NCBI GenBank assembly: GCA_963797705.1
Contig: CAWCQL010000002.1
Span: forward strand, 877,438 to 941,437
Origin: an uncultured Actinomycetota bacterium
GTDB taxonomy: Bacteria; Actinomycetota; Thermoleophilia; Solirubrobacterales; Solirubrobacteraceae
DNA: 64,000 nt
Reading direction: 5' to 3'
Shown: positions 9,293-19,459 of the stretch, one piece after another
Position numbering within the stretch: position 1 is the first letter of the stretch
How the letters are laid out: every line of letters begins with the position of its first letter
Program-made: the position numbers and the translations under genes
The notes under the pieces: generated by a model
What the model was told of the DNA's origin: nothing
Seen by the model: the letters and a program-made list of their open reading frames with translations, nothing else
Databases searched by the model: none

Positions 9293-10840
9293 ATGGCAAG
9301 CGTCGAGCAGACCACCACGGCCGAGACCAACGGCGCGGCAGCCCACACGATCGCCGTTGAGAACCCCGCCACCGGGGAGCTCATCACCACCGTCCCCGTG
9401 CTCGGCGCGGCCGAGCTGGAGGCCATGGCCCTGCGCGCCCGCCAGGCCCAGCCCCAGTGGGAGGCGATCGGTTTCGACGGCCGGGCGCGGATCATGCGCC
9501 GGGCGCAGAAGTGGATGCTCGACCACGCCGATCGCGTCCTGGACTCCGTGGTGCGCGAGTCGGGCAAGACCTACGAGGACGCGCAACTGGCCGATCTCGG
9601 CTACACCGTCACCGCGCTCGGCTTCTGGGCCAAGGAGGCGGCCAAGTACCTTGCCGACGAGCGCGTCCGGGCATGGAACAACCCGGTGGCCGCCGGCAAG
9701 AAGCTGGTCATCCGCCACGTGCCCGTCGGCGTCGTCGGAGTGATCGGGCCGTGGAACTACCCGATCGCCAACTCCTTCGGCGACTGCATCCCGGCGCTGA
9801 TGGCGGGGAACTGCGTGATCCTCAAGCCCTCAGAGGTCACCCCGCTCAGCTCGCTGCTGATGGCCGAGATGATGCGCGACTGCGGGCTGCCCGAGGATGT
9901 CTTCCAGGTCGCCACCGGCGACGGGAGCACCGGTGCGGCGCTCATCGGCCAGGTGGACTGCGTCATGTTCACCGGCTCGAGCCGCACCGGCAAGGCGGTG
10001 ATGCGGGCCGCCGCCGAGGTGCTCGTGCCGTGCTATCTGGAGCTCGGCGGCAAGGACCCGATGATCGTGTGCGCCGACGCCAACCTGGAGCGCGCCGCCA
10101 ACGCCGCCACCTTCTACTCGATGAACAACGGCGGCCAGGTGTGCATCTCGGTCGAGCGCTGCTACGTCGAGGAGCCGATCTATGACGAGTTCGTGGCGCG
10201 GGTGACCGACAAGGTCCGCGCCCTGCGCCAGGGCGAGCCCACCGGAATCGGCACCGTCGATGTCGGCGCGGTCATCTTCCCGCCCCAGCTCGACATCGTC
10301 GACGAGCATGTCCGCGACGCCGTGGCCAAGGGTGCCAAGGTCCTCACCGGCGGCCACCCGCACTCCGACCGTGGCCGCTACTACGAGCCCACCGTGCTCG
10401 TCGATGTGGACCACTCGATGCGCCTCATGACCGAGGAGACGTTCGGCCCGACGCTCCCGATCATGAAGATCGCCAACGCCGAGGAGGGCGTGCGGCTCGC
10501 CAACGATTCGTCCTACGGGCTCCAGGCGAGTGTGTGGACGAACGATGCCAACCGCGGGGAGGCGCTGGCCCGCCGCATCGAGGCCGGGGTGGTCTGCGTC
10601 AACGACGCCCAGATCAACTACTCGGCGCTCAACCTGCCGATGGGCGGCTGGAAGACGTCGGGCCTTGGAACGCGCCACGGGTCGGGCGGGATCCTCAAGT
10701 ACACCAAGACCCAGTCGCTGCTGGTGACGAGCCGGGCGCCGTTCAAGCGCGAGCCGTTCATGTTCCCCTACAAGCCGCGCACCACGATGCTGCTGCGCCG
10801 CTTCTACAAGCTGCTGTACGGCCGCGGTACCCGCGACTGA
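9293..10840 (+). CDS. Aldehyde dehydrogenase family protein
   Basis: PWNYP, KPSE, FTGS, ELGGKD, GQVC, EETFGP; RBS gaggag. Confidence 0.95.
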   Translation: MASVEQTTTAETNGAAAHTIAVENPATGELITTVPVLGAAELEAMALRARQAQPQWEAIGFDGRARIMRRAQKWMLDHADRVLDSVVRESGKTYEDAQLADLGYTVTALGFWAKEAAKYLADERVRAWNNPVAAGKKLVIRHVPVGVVGVIGPWNYPIANSFGDCIPALMAGNCVILKPSEVTPLSSLLMAEMMRDCGLPEDVFQVATGDGSTGAALIGQVDCVMFTGSSRTGKAVMRAAAEVLVPCYLELGGKDPMIVCADANLERAANAATFYSMNNGGQVCISVERCYVEEPIYDEFVARVTDKVRALRQGEPTGIGTVDVGAVIFPPQLDIVDEHVRDAVAKGAKVLTGGHPHSDRGRYYEPTVLVDVDHSMRLMTEETFGPTLPIMKIANAEEGVRLANDSSYGLQASVWTNDANRGEALARRIEAGVVCVNDAQINYSALNLPMGGWKTSGLGTRHGSGGILKYTKTQSLLVTSRAPFKREPFMFPYKPRTTMLLRRFYKLLYGRGTRD

Positions 10841-10880
10841 GGCGGGCGGCCGCCGCGGTGCCGAACTGAGGACAGGAGCG

Positions 10881-10909
10881 GCGGCGACCGCCGGCCGGAC
10901 GGTCGCCGC
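10881..10909. terminator. Hairpin between convergent genes
   Basis: gcggcgaccg / cggtcgccgc perfect 10-bp inverted repeat. Confidence 0.55.
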
Positions 10910-10929
10910 ACACCTGGATCGGTCGGTTG

Positions 10930-11493
10930 CTACTTCGTGGACGTCGTCTTGGGCGCCGGGGTCGTCACCTTCCCCTTCTGCTTGCAGCTGAAGTGGACGG
11001 AGTCCTGCGTCGAGCACGTGAGCGTCCCCGTTCCGGCCGCCTTGGCCAGCGTGCCGGTTCCGCTCTTGACGATGAACGTGCCGCTGTAGCTCGCCGCGCT
11101 GAACGACGTGGTGGTCGTCGGCGGGGTGTTGTCGCTGGGCGTCAGGTCGAACGTCCCGGACACGCTCCCGGTGCCAAACCACGCCTGCCACTTGCCGGTG
11201 AGGTCGCCCGAGTCCGCGGTGGTGAAGGACTGGAGCTCGATGCCCCTGCCGATGGGTGAGCAGTTGGTGGTGCCCATCTCGGTCCCGTCCTGAGAGGCGG
11301 GCGAGACGTCCTGAGCCCCGGCGGGGACCTGAAGGGTGAGCGAGGAGGTGCATGACACCTTGGTCGTGACCGTGGAGGGCGTCTTGCTCTTCTTGCCTCC
11401 CTTCGAGGCGCTGGAGGTCGCGGCCAGGGCAGACGCGACACCGATGACAAAGACGGCGGCGATGGCCGCGCCGAGGAGGCAGATGCGCTTCAC
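10930..11493 (-). CDS. Secreted hypothetical protein (Ser/Thr/Gly-rich, four Cys in the mature part)
   Basis: Signal peptide MKRICLLGAAIAAVFVIGVASALA; AGGAG RBS. Confidence 0.75.
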   Translation of the reverse strand: MKRICLLGAAIAAVFVIGVASALAATSSASKGGKKSKTPSTVTTKVSCTSSLTLQVPAGAQDVSPASQDGTEMGTTNCSPIGRGIELQSFTTADSGDLTGKWQAWFGTGSVSGTFDLTPSDNTPPTTTTSFSAASYSGTFIVKSGTGTLAKAAGTGTLTCSTQDSVHFSCKQKGKVTTPAPKTTSTK

Positions 11494-11568
11494 GCTATCT
11501 CCTGATTCGTTGTGAGACGGATGAACCTATGCGGCGCGGGATTCTGTCGGTCGGGTGAGGGCGTGCAG

Positions 11569-11585
11569 GTGAATATTTGGTAAAC
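11569..11585 (-). promoter_or_regulatory. PHO-box-like direct repeat
   Basis: Minus strand GTTTACcaaatATTCAC: two GTTCAC-like units 11 bp apart, upstream of 10930-11493. Confidence 0.4.
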
Positions 11586-11631
11586 CACGCGTGTTCACGG
11601 GTTTACGACCCCCCAGCGCTGGGGAGTGGCG

Positions 11632-13628
11632 TCAGCCCGCGGTGAAGTTGTTGAACACCACAGTGTCGAACTCGGGCAAAGATGTGTCTTTGGAGTAACC
11701 GAGCTGCGGGACGCTGAACAGGTCCTCGACCGTCTTGAGCAGCGAGAAGTGGTTGAAGGTGTCCGCGGCGTCCTCGGAGTTGGCCTTGACGTAGCGGGAG
11801 ATCACGACCGCGCCTACCTGGCCGCCACCCGGCGTGGTCCCGGTGCTCGCGCAGTCGCCGGTGGTGCCCGTGGTCGGCGTGGTGCTCGTGGTGGTCCCGG
11901 GGGTCGTGGCCGGTGGTGGTCGTGGGCGTGGTGGTGGTCGCGCCCGGCACGGTCGTCCCGGTGGTCGTGCCTGGCACGGTCGTCCCAGTCGTCGATGTGC
12001 CCGTCGTCGTGGTAGCCGTCGGGCACGACGTCGTCCCGGTGGTCGTGGTGTCGGTCGTCGTGTCGGTGTCGGTCGTCGTGGTCGTCGGCGGGGCCGTCGG
12101 CGGTGGTGGTCGCGGCGTGGTGCGTCGCCGGAGGGGCGGTCGTCGCGCCGGGCACGGTCGTGCCCGTGGGCGTCGTCGGTGTGGTCGTCGTGCCGGTGGT
12201 CGTCGTGGGCGCCGATCCCGACAGGTTGGGGAACGTCGGCTGATCGCAGCAGCTGCTCGAGTCGGCGGTGGCGCCCGTCTGCGGCGCCTGGTCGAAGGTG
12301 ACAACGATCATCCCGTCGTGCTTGTAGGCCGGGGAGGCCTCGATCTTCGGGATCACCGTCTTGAGGAACGCGTCGGACTGGGCCAGGCCAGCGGGCGCTC
12401 CGGGGGTGCATGGGGTGTCGGAGCCGTCGTCGCAGGCGTCGGGGGCGATGTAGGAGAGGTTGGGCGTGGTCTTCTCCTGCTTGAGGTCCTTGGCGAGCTT
12501 GCCGAGGCCGACGTCGTCCTGCGCGCACTGGGTCCCGGTTGTCAGCGCCGTGAAGTACACGAACGGGTTCAGGTAGGTCACGTACGGGTCTGTCGCGGTG
12601 GCCAGCTGGTTCGGATCGGGCGCGCCCGGGTCCGGAGCGCGGCAGCTCTTGGGCTGTCCGGCCGGTCCCTGGTCGATGCCCTGGATGTAGGCGCGCCAGG
12701 TCTCGCCGTTGTCGGCGAGCTCGGTGGGCAGCGATTGGGTCGTCTGCGGGTAGACGCAGCCGTTGCCGATGACCTGTGAGCTCTTGGCGTTGCCGGTGGG
12801 CGCGATGGGTGTGAACACCGGGCAGTTGGCGGCGGTGTCCTGGGTCGGGCCCTGACCGCTCAGCAGCGCGATCTCGCTGGCCAGCGAGGACGACGCGACC
12901 CCGTAGTACTGGCTGATGAGCTCGCCCTGCTTGCGCACGGTGCCGGAGAGATAGGGGTGGCCCTTGGTCGTGGCAAACGACTGCTCAAAGCCCTGACCCG
13001 AGAGCATGATCACAAAGACGTGCTTGATCGGCGGGAGCGTCACCGCGGCCGACCCGTTGCCCCCGCCGCCGCCGCCCCCGCCCCCGCCCGCCGCCGTGTC
13101 AGCTGGGGTCGTGGACACGTCGCCGCCCCCGCCGCCCCCGCCGCCACCGGCCGCGGGCTGGGTGATGGTCTCGGTGATGACCTGCTGGGCACTGCCCCCT
13201 CCTCCTCCTCCACCACCACCGCCCCCACCGGTGTTGGCGGCCACGGTGGGCGTCGTGGGCGAGGTGAACGGAAGGTTCACGACGATATTGCGCGCCAACG
13301 ACTCGACGCCACCGGGCTGGGTGAGTGACCCGGCCACCACGCCAAAGGCCAGCGTCGCCAGCACCGCCAGCGAGGCCACCCGCGGCGTCGGCAGCGAGAG
13401 GGTGAGCGGCGAGCGCCGCTCGGGTGGCGGCGTGAGCTTCTCGATCACAGGGGCGGGCGGCACGCCCATCTCCCGCAGGGTCGAATCCACCGCCGCGGGC
13501 AGCGGCCCGCGCCGGGTGCCGCAGCTCACGCAGTAGCGCTGATCGGTGGCCAGGCGTGTGCCGCAGTTGGCGCAGTCTCGGCCGACGCCCGAGCTCAGGC
13601 TCGCGCCGCTGTGGTCGTCCGTGTCCAT
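11632..13628 (-). CDS. Zn-ribbon/TM/phosphoesterase-family (AcpA/SapM-like) protein with Thr-rich insertion; catalytic motifs degenerate; frameshifted
   Basis: CANCG..DQRYCVSCG, TM, poly-Gly linkers, PPIKHVFVIML, NPFVYF, PNLSYIAP, IVVTFDQ, GGGQVGAVVIS, NHFSLLKTVEDLF (ORFs 11814-13628 and 11632-12528). Confidence 0.8.
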
Positions 13629-13720
13629 ATCTGCGTCTGAGTGTGTCCGGTCAGCGGCGGCGGGATGTGAATATCCAGAACCTCACATGCTCTCACTGGT
13701 TGCACGCGGTCTGCAGAACT

Positions 13721-13737
13721 GGTCACAGGTTGTTCAC
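13721..13737 (+). promoter_or_regulatory. PHO-box-like direct repeat in a divergent intergenic region
   Basis: GGTCACaggttGTTCAC, 11-bp period, resembling the actinobacterial PhoP unit GTTCACC. Confidence 0.45.
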
Positions 13738-13798
13738 ATCTGACCCTGGTCGCCGCCATACGCTAGCTCAAGCCCATGCCGCCGACCCGACGAGTGCG

Positions 13799-14497
13799 AT
13801 GAGCCTCGGCCCCGAACGCTCCGATGTCGCCGCACCACCTGTGATGGCGGGTACCGCCACCGAGGAACAGACCCGGCAACTGTCGGTCGCCGGCACGAGC
13901 GATCACTGCGTCAACTGCGGTGCTCCGCTGGCCTCGGACCAGCGCTACTGCGTCAACTGTGGCGAGCGCCGTGGCAAGCCGCGGTTTGCCCTGGCCGCCC
14001 AGCATGAGGACCCTGTCGCGCAGGCCACGACGACGACCTCTTCGTCCTCCTCGCCGCGCCGTTCGCGCACCTCGGCCGGTTTCAACCTCATCGCCGGCAT
14101 CGCGACCCTGCTGCTGGCGATGGGCGTCGGTGTGCTCATCGGCCACAGCAACTCGGGCAGCACCACCCCCAAGCAGGCGGCGGCGCCGAACATCACCATC
14201 AACGGCGGCGGCTCGGCGAACGGCTCCGCCAGTACCGCCGCCTCGACCGGCGCCACCGGCTCGGGCGGCTCCGACGGCGCCTCGGCCAAGAAGGCCAAGA
14301 AGGGCAGCCCGACCAAGGCTGCCAAGACGCCTGCGGTGTCCAAGGTCGTCGTCCAGAAGGCGCAGGAGGCCGCCAGCAAGGTCACGGGCGGCAGCGCCAA
14401 GACCGCGGGCGCCACAGCCCAGCAGGGCAGTGCGTGCGACAACGGGACGGCCGGCTGTCAGAACGGCAAGCTGACCGGCAACTACTTCGGCCAATGA
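13799..14497 (+). CDS. Zn-ribbon single-TM membrane protein
   Basis: CVNCGAPLASDQRYCVNCGERRG, TM LIAGIATLLLAMGVGVLIG, low-complexity tail ending CDNGTAGCQNGKLTGNYFGQ. Confidence 0.75.
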   Translation: MSLGPERSDVAAPPVMAGTATEEQTRQLSVAGTSDHCVNCGAPLASDQRYCVNCGERRGKPRFALAAQHEDPVAQATTTTSSSSSPRRSRTSAGFNLIAGIATLLLAMGVGVLIGHSNSGSTTPKQAAAPNITINGGGSANGSASTAASTGATGSGGSDGASAKKAKKGSPTKAAKTPAVSKVVVQKAQEAASKVTGGSAKTAGATAQQGSACDNGTAGCQNGKLTGNYFGQ

Positions 14498-14952
14498 GCA
14501 CCTCGTCGTCGAACGGGGACACCGCTGAGACCGCGGTCCTACGTCCCGCGCCGGTCCCCGACGCGCAGACCCCGCCGCCAAGCACGCAGGCGCCGCCGCC
14601 GCCGCTGACCTCCAAGACGAAGATCGGCGATGACCGCACCGTCGATCTGCGCCGGCGCCGCGACCAGCTCAACGCACGGGTCGCGGAGCTGCAATGGGAC
14701 CTCGGCGGCCTGGTCTATGAGATGGCCATCCGCAACCGGATCCGTGTCGAGGTCCTGGTCCAGCGCGCGGCGGTGCTCCAGGAGGCCGACGCAGAACTGG
14801 GCGAGGTCGAGCGCATCCTGCGCCTCGAGGAGACCGGCATGGCCGGAGCGTGCGCCAACTGCGGCTCCCCGCACAGCGCCGGGGCCTCGTTCTGCTGGCA
14901 GTGCGGCCAGCCGCTGCTGGCCCACCTCACGCCTGACGCGATCCGCTCCTAG
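14494..14952 (+). CDS. Coiled-coil protein with C-terminal Zn ribbon
   Basis: ATGA overlap with the previous gene; ELQWDLGGLVYEMAIR helix; CANCGSPHSAGASFCWQCG. Confidence 0.75.
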   Translation: MSTSSSNGDTAETAVLRPAPVPDAQTPPPSTQAPPPPLTSKTKIGDDRTVDLRRRRDQLNARVAELQWDLGGLVYEMAIRNRIRVEVLVQRAAVLQEADAELGEVERILRLEETGMAGACANCGSPHSAGASFCWQCGQPLLAHLTPDAIRS

Positions 14953-14976
14953 CGCGACCCGCTACAACCTGAGGTC

Positions 14977-15297
14977 ATGCCGGCGCTCCCCGAACCTGTG
15001 GCGCGCCTCCTGCAGGCCGCCAACGACAACGATGTCGACGCCTTCCTCGCCGGGTTCACGGCTGACGGGGTTGTCGACGACTGGGGCCGGGAGTTCGCCG
15101 GCGCGGACGCGATCAGGTCATGGAGTGACAACGAGTTCATCGGTAAACGGGTCACCCTGGACGTGCGCGACACCGAACAGAGCGGGACGACGACAGTGGT
15201 GACCGCACAGGTCGGCGGGGACGGGTTCAATGGTCCCAGCCATTTCAGCTTCACGGTGGAGGGCGACCGCGTCGCCCGCATGACGATCCGCGCCTAG
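14977..15297 (+). CDS. SnoaL/NTF2-like protein
   Basis: 106 aa; NDNDVDAFLAGFTADGVVDDWGREFAG pattern. Confidence 0.75.
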   Translation: MPALPEPVARLLQAANDNDVDAFLAGFTADGVVDDWGREFAGADAIRSWSDNEFIGKRVTLDVRDTEQSGTTTVVTAQVGGDGFNGPSHFSFTVEGDRVARMTIRA

Positions 15298-15321
15298 TGC
15301 CCTGAGGCGCCCTCAGGACAC

Positions 15322-16227
15322 CTACCCGAACCGGCCGGTCACGTAGTCGCGGGTGCGCGTGTCCGCAGGGTTAGTGAAGATGACGTTCGTGTCGTCGTAC
15401 TCGACGAGCGTCCCCACCCGCTCGTGCGGATCGAGCGAGAAGAACGCGGTCCGGTCGGCCACGCGCGCCGCCTGCTGCATGTTGTGGGTGACGATCACGA
15501 TCGTGTAGCGGTGCTTGAGCTCGTGCATGAGGTCCTCGATCGACGCGGTGGCGACCGGGTCCAGGGCCGAGGCGGGCTCGTCGAGCAGCAGCACGTCGGG
15601 TTCCACGGCGATCGCCCGCGCGATGCACAGACGCTGTTGCTGGCCGCCGGAGAGGCTGAGCGCGCTGACCTTGAGACGGTCCTTGACCTCGTCCCACAGG
15701 GCTGCGCCGCGCAGCGCTCGCTCGACGCGCTCGTCGAGGTCGCGTTTCAGGCCCAGGTTGCGCGGAGCCCAGGCGACGTTGTCGTAGATCGACTTGGGGA
15801 AGGGGTTGGGCCGCTGGAAGACCATCCCGATGCGCCGTCGCACCTCGACCCGATTGGTGGCACGGGCGTAGACGTCGTGGCCGTGGTAGAGAATCTGGCC
15901 CTCGATGCGGAACGAGGGGATGGAGTCGTTCATGCGGTTGAGGCTGCGGATGAACGTCGACTTGCCGCACCCCGAGGGCCCGATGACCGCCGTGACGAGG
16001 TTGCGGTAGATCTTCAGCGTCGTCCAGTCCAGCGCCTTCTTGGTCCCATAGAACACCGACATGTCGTGGATGTCGAACACGGTCGCGCGTGCCGGCTCGG
16101 GGCGCGCACCGGCGATCTGGGGCGGCGGGGCCGGCACGGGCACGGCATCCGTCGTTCGGATGCGCTGGCGCGGCACGACGTCCTGGTTGGGCAAGGGGCT
16201 GGTCACGTCAGGGTCCCGTTCGGTCAT
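15322..16227 (-). CDS. pstB: Phosphate ABC transporter ATPase
   Basis: [41 protein letters not shown]-terminal YVTGRFG. Confidence 0.95.
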   Translation of the reverse strand: MTERDPDVTSPLPNQDVVPRQRIRTTDAVPVPAPPPQIAGARPEPARATVFDIHDMSVFYGTKKALDWTTLKIYRNLVTAVIGPSGCGKSTFIRSLNRMNDSIPSFRIEGQILYHGHDVYARATNRVEVRRRIGMVFQRPNPFPKSIYDNVAWAPRNLGLKRDLDERVERALRGAALWDEVKDRLKVSALSLSGGQQQRLCIARAIAVEPDVLLLDEPASALDPVATASIEDLMHELKHRYTIVIVTHNMQQAARVADRTAFFSLDPHERVGTLVEYDDTNVIFTNPADTRTRDYVTGRFG

Positions 16228-17136
16228 CCGGTGAGCTTGCGGCGGCTGCGGGCCAGGAGGAACCTGGCACCCACGTTGGCGATGAGGATAAGCGCCAGCA
16301 GCACCAGGGCGGCGCCCCAGGCCGTGGCGAAGCCGGCGGGGTTGAGCGCCTCGGAGGCGGTGAGAATCTGAACCGGGATGTTCGGCATCGGTCCGAACGG
16401 GTTGAACGTGAGGTGCGGAGGCGCCGTCGAGTCGTTGACCAGCAGCGGCGCGGTCTCACCGGCGGCGCGCGCCACGGCAAGGATCGAGCCGGTGACGATC
16501 CCGCCCATGGCGGTGGGCAGGACGACGGTGATGATCGAACGCCAGCGGTCGACCCCGAGTGCGTCGGAGGCCTCGCGCATGGGGGACGGGACGAGGCGCA
16601 GCACCTCCTGTGCGGAGCGTGCCACCAGCGGCAGCATGATGATGGCCAGGGCCACCGAGCCGGCAAAGCCCGTGTCCTTGTGCTGGGGCAGCGTGATCAG
16701 TCCCAGGATGAAGATGCCGATCACGATCGAAGGAACGCCTTGCAGCAGGTCGAGGCCCATACGCAGCGCGCCGGCGATCCGTGACTTGGGCCGCGCGAAC
16801 TCCGTCATGTAGATGGCGATGAGGACCCCGATGGGCACCGCGATGACGGCTCCGATGGCCACGATGATGGCCGATGCCGATGAGGGTGGAGCGAATGCCG
16901 CCGCCGACGCCGAACTCCGACGGATCCTGGATGAGGAAGTCGAGGCTGAGGACCGATGCTCCGGACTTCACGACGTCGAAGACCACGATCCCGAGCACGG
17001 CGACGGCGACGAACGCGGCCGCGACCGCCATGCCCTGGGCGATGCGGCTGACGATCTGCCGGCGGCGCAGGTTGCCCGACGCGGTCAGCGGCGCCGTCGG
17101 GTCGTAGGGAAGCTCAGATGGCGCGGCTGACGTCAT
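16224..17136 (-). CDS. pstA: Phosphate ABC transporter permease PstA (one frameshift near 16870)
   Basis: [25 protein letters not shown]. Confidence 0.9.
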
Positions 17137-18094
17137 AGCGGCGCGCGATGTATCGCGCGAAGAGGTTGGTGGCGACGCCGAGCACGAGGAGGATCAGCGC
17201 CAGGTAGAAGATCGCGTGGACCTGGAGTTGGTTGACCGGGTACTGGATGTCCTGGGCGATTCGCGCCGCGAGCGTGTTGCCGGTCTCGAACCACGACGCG
17301 TGAATCGCCGCGCCCGTTCCCACCACGGAGAGCACGGCGATCGACTCTCCGAGCGCGCGCCCCAGTCCGAGGGTGGTGGCGGCCGCGACTCCGGAGATCG
17401 TCGAGGGCAGCACGACGCCCCGGATGACCTCCCACTGCGTCGCGCCGAGTGCCTCGGCCCCCTCCTTGAGCTCGTTGGGCACCGTGAGGAAGAGGTCGCG
17501 GCTGAGCGACGCGATGATCGGCACCACCATCACGGTGAGGATCAGCCCACCGGTGAAGAGGCTCAGGCCGGTCGTCTGCGGCGGTCCGAAGATGGGCAGG
17601 AAGCCGAAGGTGTCGTGCAGGAACGGCTCGATGTGCTCGTGGACGAAGGGCGCCAGGAAGATGAGCCCGAAGAACCCGAGGATGACGCTGGGGATCGCGG
17701 CCAGCATCTCCACCAGCGGTCCGACGACCGCCCGCACCGATCGTGGCGCGAGCATCGACAGGTACAGGGCGATGGCGATCGAGAGCGGGACGGCGATGAC
17801 CATCGCGATCACCGACGTGACCGCGGTGCCGTAGAGCATGACCGCGGCGCCAAAGCGGTCGAAGTTCGGTGCCCAGGCGGTGTCTCCGAGAAAGCCCAGC
17901 CCGAACTTGGAGATCGCCGGCCGGGCCCCCGAGATGACCTGGTAGGCGATCTCGACGAGGACGACGGCGGCCAGCAGACCGGCGGCCAGGCACAGCGCGC
18001 GCATGATCTGATCGCCGCGGCTGCGCTCGGTGGCGCGTTGGTCGGCGATGAACCGCCTCAGACGGTTTTTCGGGGCGGCGGAGGAAGCCGACAT
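17114..18094 (-). CDS. pstC: Phosphate ABC transporter permease PstC
   Basis: LAAIPSVILG, EGAEALGAT, GLGRALGESIAV. Confidence 0.92.
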   Translation of the reverse strand: MSASSAAPKNRLRRFIADQRATERSRGDQIMRALCLAAGLLAAVVLVEIAYQVISGARPAISKFGLGFLGDTAWAPNFDRFGAAVMLYGTAVTSVIAMVIAVPLSIAIALYLSMLAPRSVRAVVGPLVEMLAAIPSVILGFFGLIFLAPFVHEHIEPFLHDTFGFLPIFGPPQTTGLSLFTGGLILTVMVVPIIASLSRDLFLTVPNELKEGAEALGATQWEVIRGVVLPSTISGVAAATTLGLGRALGESIAVLSVVGTGAAIHASWFETGNTLAARIAQDIQYPVNQLQVHAIFYLALILLVLGVATNLFARYIARRYDVSRAI

Positions 18095-18283
18095 CGACGG
18101 CGCAGGGTAAAGAAGGGGCGGTGGGAGGCGGGCCGCGCCGGTGCCCGCAATCACAACATCTCAAAACGCTGGTAACAACGCGGCAACAAGCGGGGGGTGC
18201 GCGATCCGCATGCTAGTGCTGCTCGCAAGGGTCGGCTCACGCCGGCACGGGCGCATTGTCTCCAACTCGAAAGGGCCGCAATC

Positions 18284-19327
18284 TTGAAAGGCTTTGCCTT
18301 CCAACCCAGGAAGCTTGCGTCGGTGTCCGCTGCCGTACTGGCCGTAGGTGCATCGGCGGGTTTCATCTCCACCGCGGCCGCGTCTGCGGCCAGCGGCACG
18401 CTGAACGGTGCCGGGTCGACGCTGGTCGCTCCGCTGGAGGCCGAATGGGCCGCCGCGTTCAACAGCAAGACCGGTAACACGGTCAACTACAACCCGGTGG
18501 GATCCGGTACCGGTATCGCGGACATCACGGGCCGCACGGTGGACTTCGGTGCGTCCGACGCTCCGCTGAGCTCCTCGCAGGCCTCGTCGTGCAACGGCTG
18601 TGTCCAGATCCCGTGGGCACTATCGGCCACGGGCGTTGGCTACAACGTCCCCGGTGCGGGCCACAAGCTGCACCTCACGGGAACGCTCCTATCGCAGATC
18701 TACCAGGGCCAGATCACGAACTGGAACAGCCCCGCCATCGCCAAGGTCAACAAGGGCGTTCACCTGCCCAACCTGAAGATCACCCCGGTGTTTCGCTCTG
18801 ACGGCTCCGGTGACACCTACGCGTTCACCAACTACCTGAGCGCGGTCAGCAGCTCGTGGCGCAGCAAGATCGGCGTGGGCACCTCGGTGAGCTTCCCGAC
18901 GGGCGCGTCGGGCAAGGGCAACTCCGGCGTTACCGCGGTGCTCCAGGGCACCCCGGGCTCGGTGGCCTACATCGCCGTGTCCTACCTGATCGCCCACCAG
19001 CTTCCGGCGGTGGCGATCCAGAACAGGGCCGGCAAGTTCGAGTACCCGAACCTGTCGAACATCGAGAACGCGGCTGCGGTCGTCAAGCACGTGCCGGGCA
19101 ACGGCGCGCTGAGCATCGTCAACCCGCCCAAGAGCGCGAAGATCGCGTACCCGATCTCCACGTTCACGTACGTCATCGCCCCGCACAACGCCGCCCAGAA
19201 GTCGCTGCTGAAGTCCTTCATTCAGTACGCACTGAATGCCGGTCACACCTTCGGCGCGAACTTGGACTTCGCTCCGCTTCCCAAGGTTGTGGTCAAGGCC
19301 GACAAGGCGGCGGCCAACAGCATCTAG
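18284..19327 (+). CDS. pstS: Phosphate-binding protein PstS
   Basis: GAGSTL, GSGTG, DFGASD, RSDGSGDT, GKGNSGV, YPISTFTY; probable TTG start after gaaaggg. Confidence 0.95.
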   Translation: MKGFAFQPRKLASVSAAVLAVGASAGFISTAAASAASGTLNGAGSTLVAPLEAEWAAAFNSKTGNTVNYNPVGSGTGIADITGRTVDFGASDAPLSSSQASSCNGCVQIPWALSATGVGYNVPGAGHKLHLTGTLLSQIYQGQITNWNSPAIAKVNKGVHLPNLKITPVFRSDGSGDTYAFTNYLSAVSSSWRSKIGVGTSVSFPTGASGKGNSGVTAVLQGTPGSVAYIAVSYLIAHQLPAVAIQNRAGKFEYPNLSNIENAAAVVKHVPGNGALSIVNPPKSAKIAYPISTFTYVIAPHNAAQKSLLKSFIQYALNAGHTFGANLDFAPLPKVVVKADKAAANSI

Positions 19328-19369
19328 GACACAACGTCACTCGCGGCTCCCGCTACGGCGTGAGCCCCC

Positions 19370-19411
19370 GGCCCGGTCTGGCGACGATCGCGTCGCCGGC
19401 CGGGCCTTTTT
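19370..19411 (+). terminator. Rho-independent terminator after pstS
   Basis: ggcccgg-tctggcgacg...cgtcgccgg-ccgggcc stem followed by TTTTT. Confidence 0.8.
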
Positions 19412-19459
19412 GTCGCGGCGGCGGGCGGCAGCCTCACGTCTTGGCGCAGGCGGGGATGC

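Noticed and set aside
7589-10840. RiPP biosynthetic cluster around the RRE-M50 gene
   Set aside because: No credible precursor peptide, modifying enzyme or exporter is visible nearby
11830-13230. Repetitive gtc/gtg and ccg tracts as a possible CRISPR array or satellite
   Set aside because: They encode Thr-rich and poly-Gly linkers; there is no constant repeat with unique spacers and no cas gene
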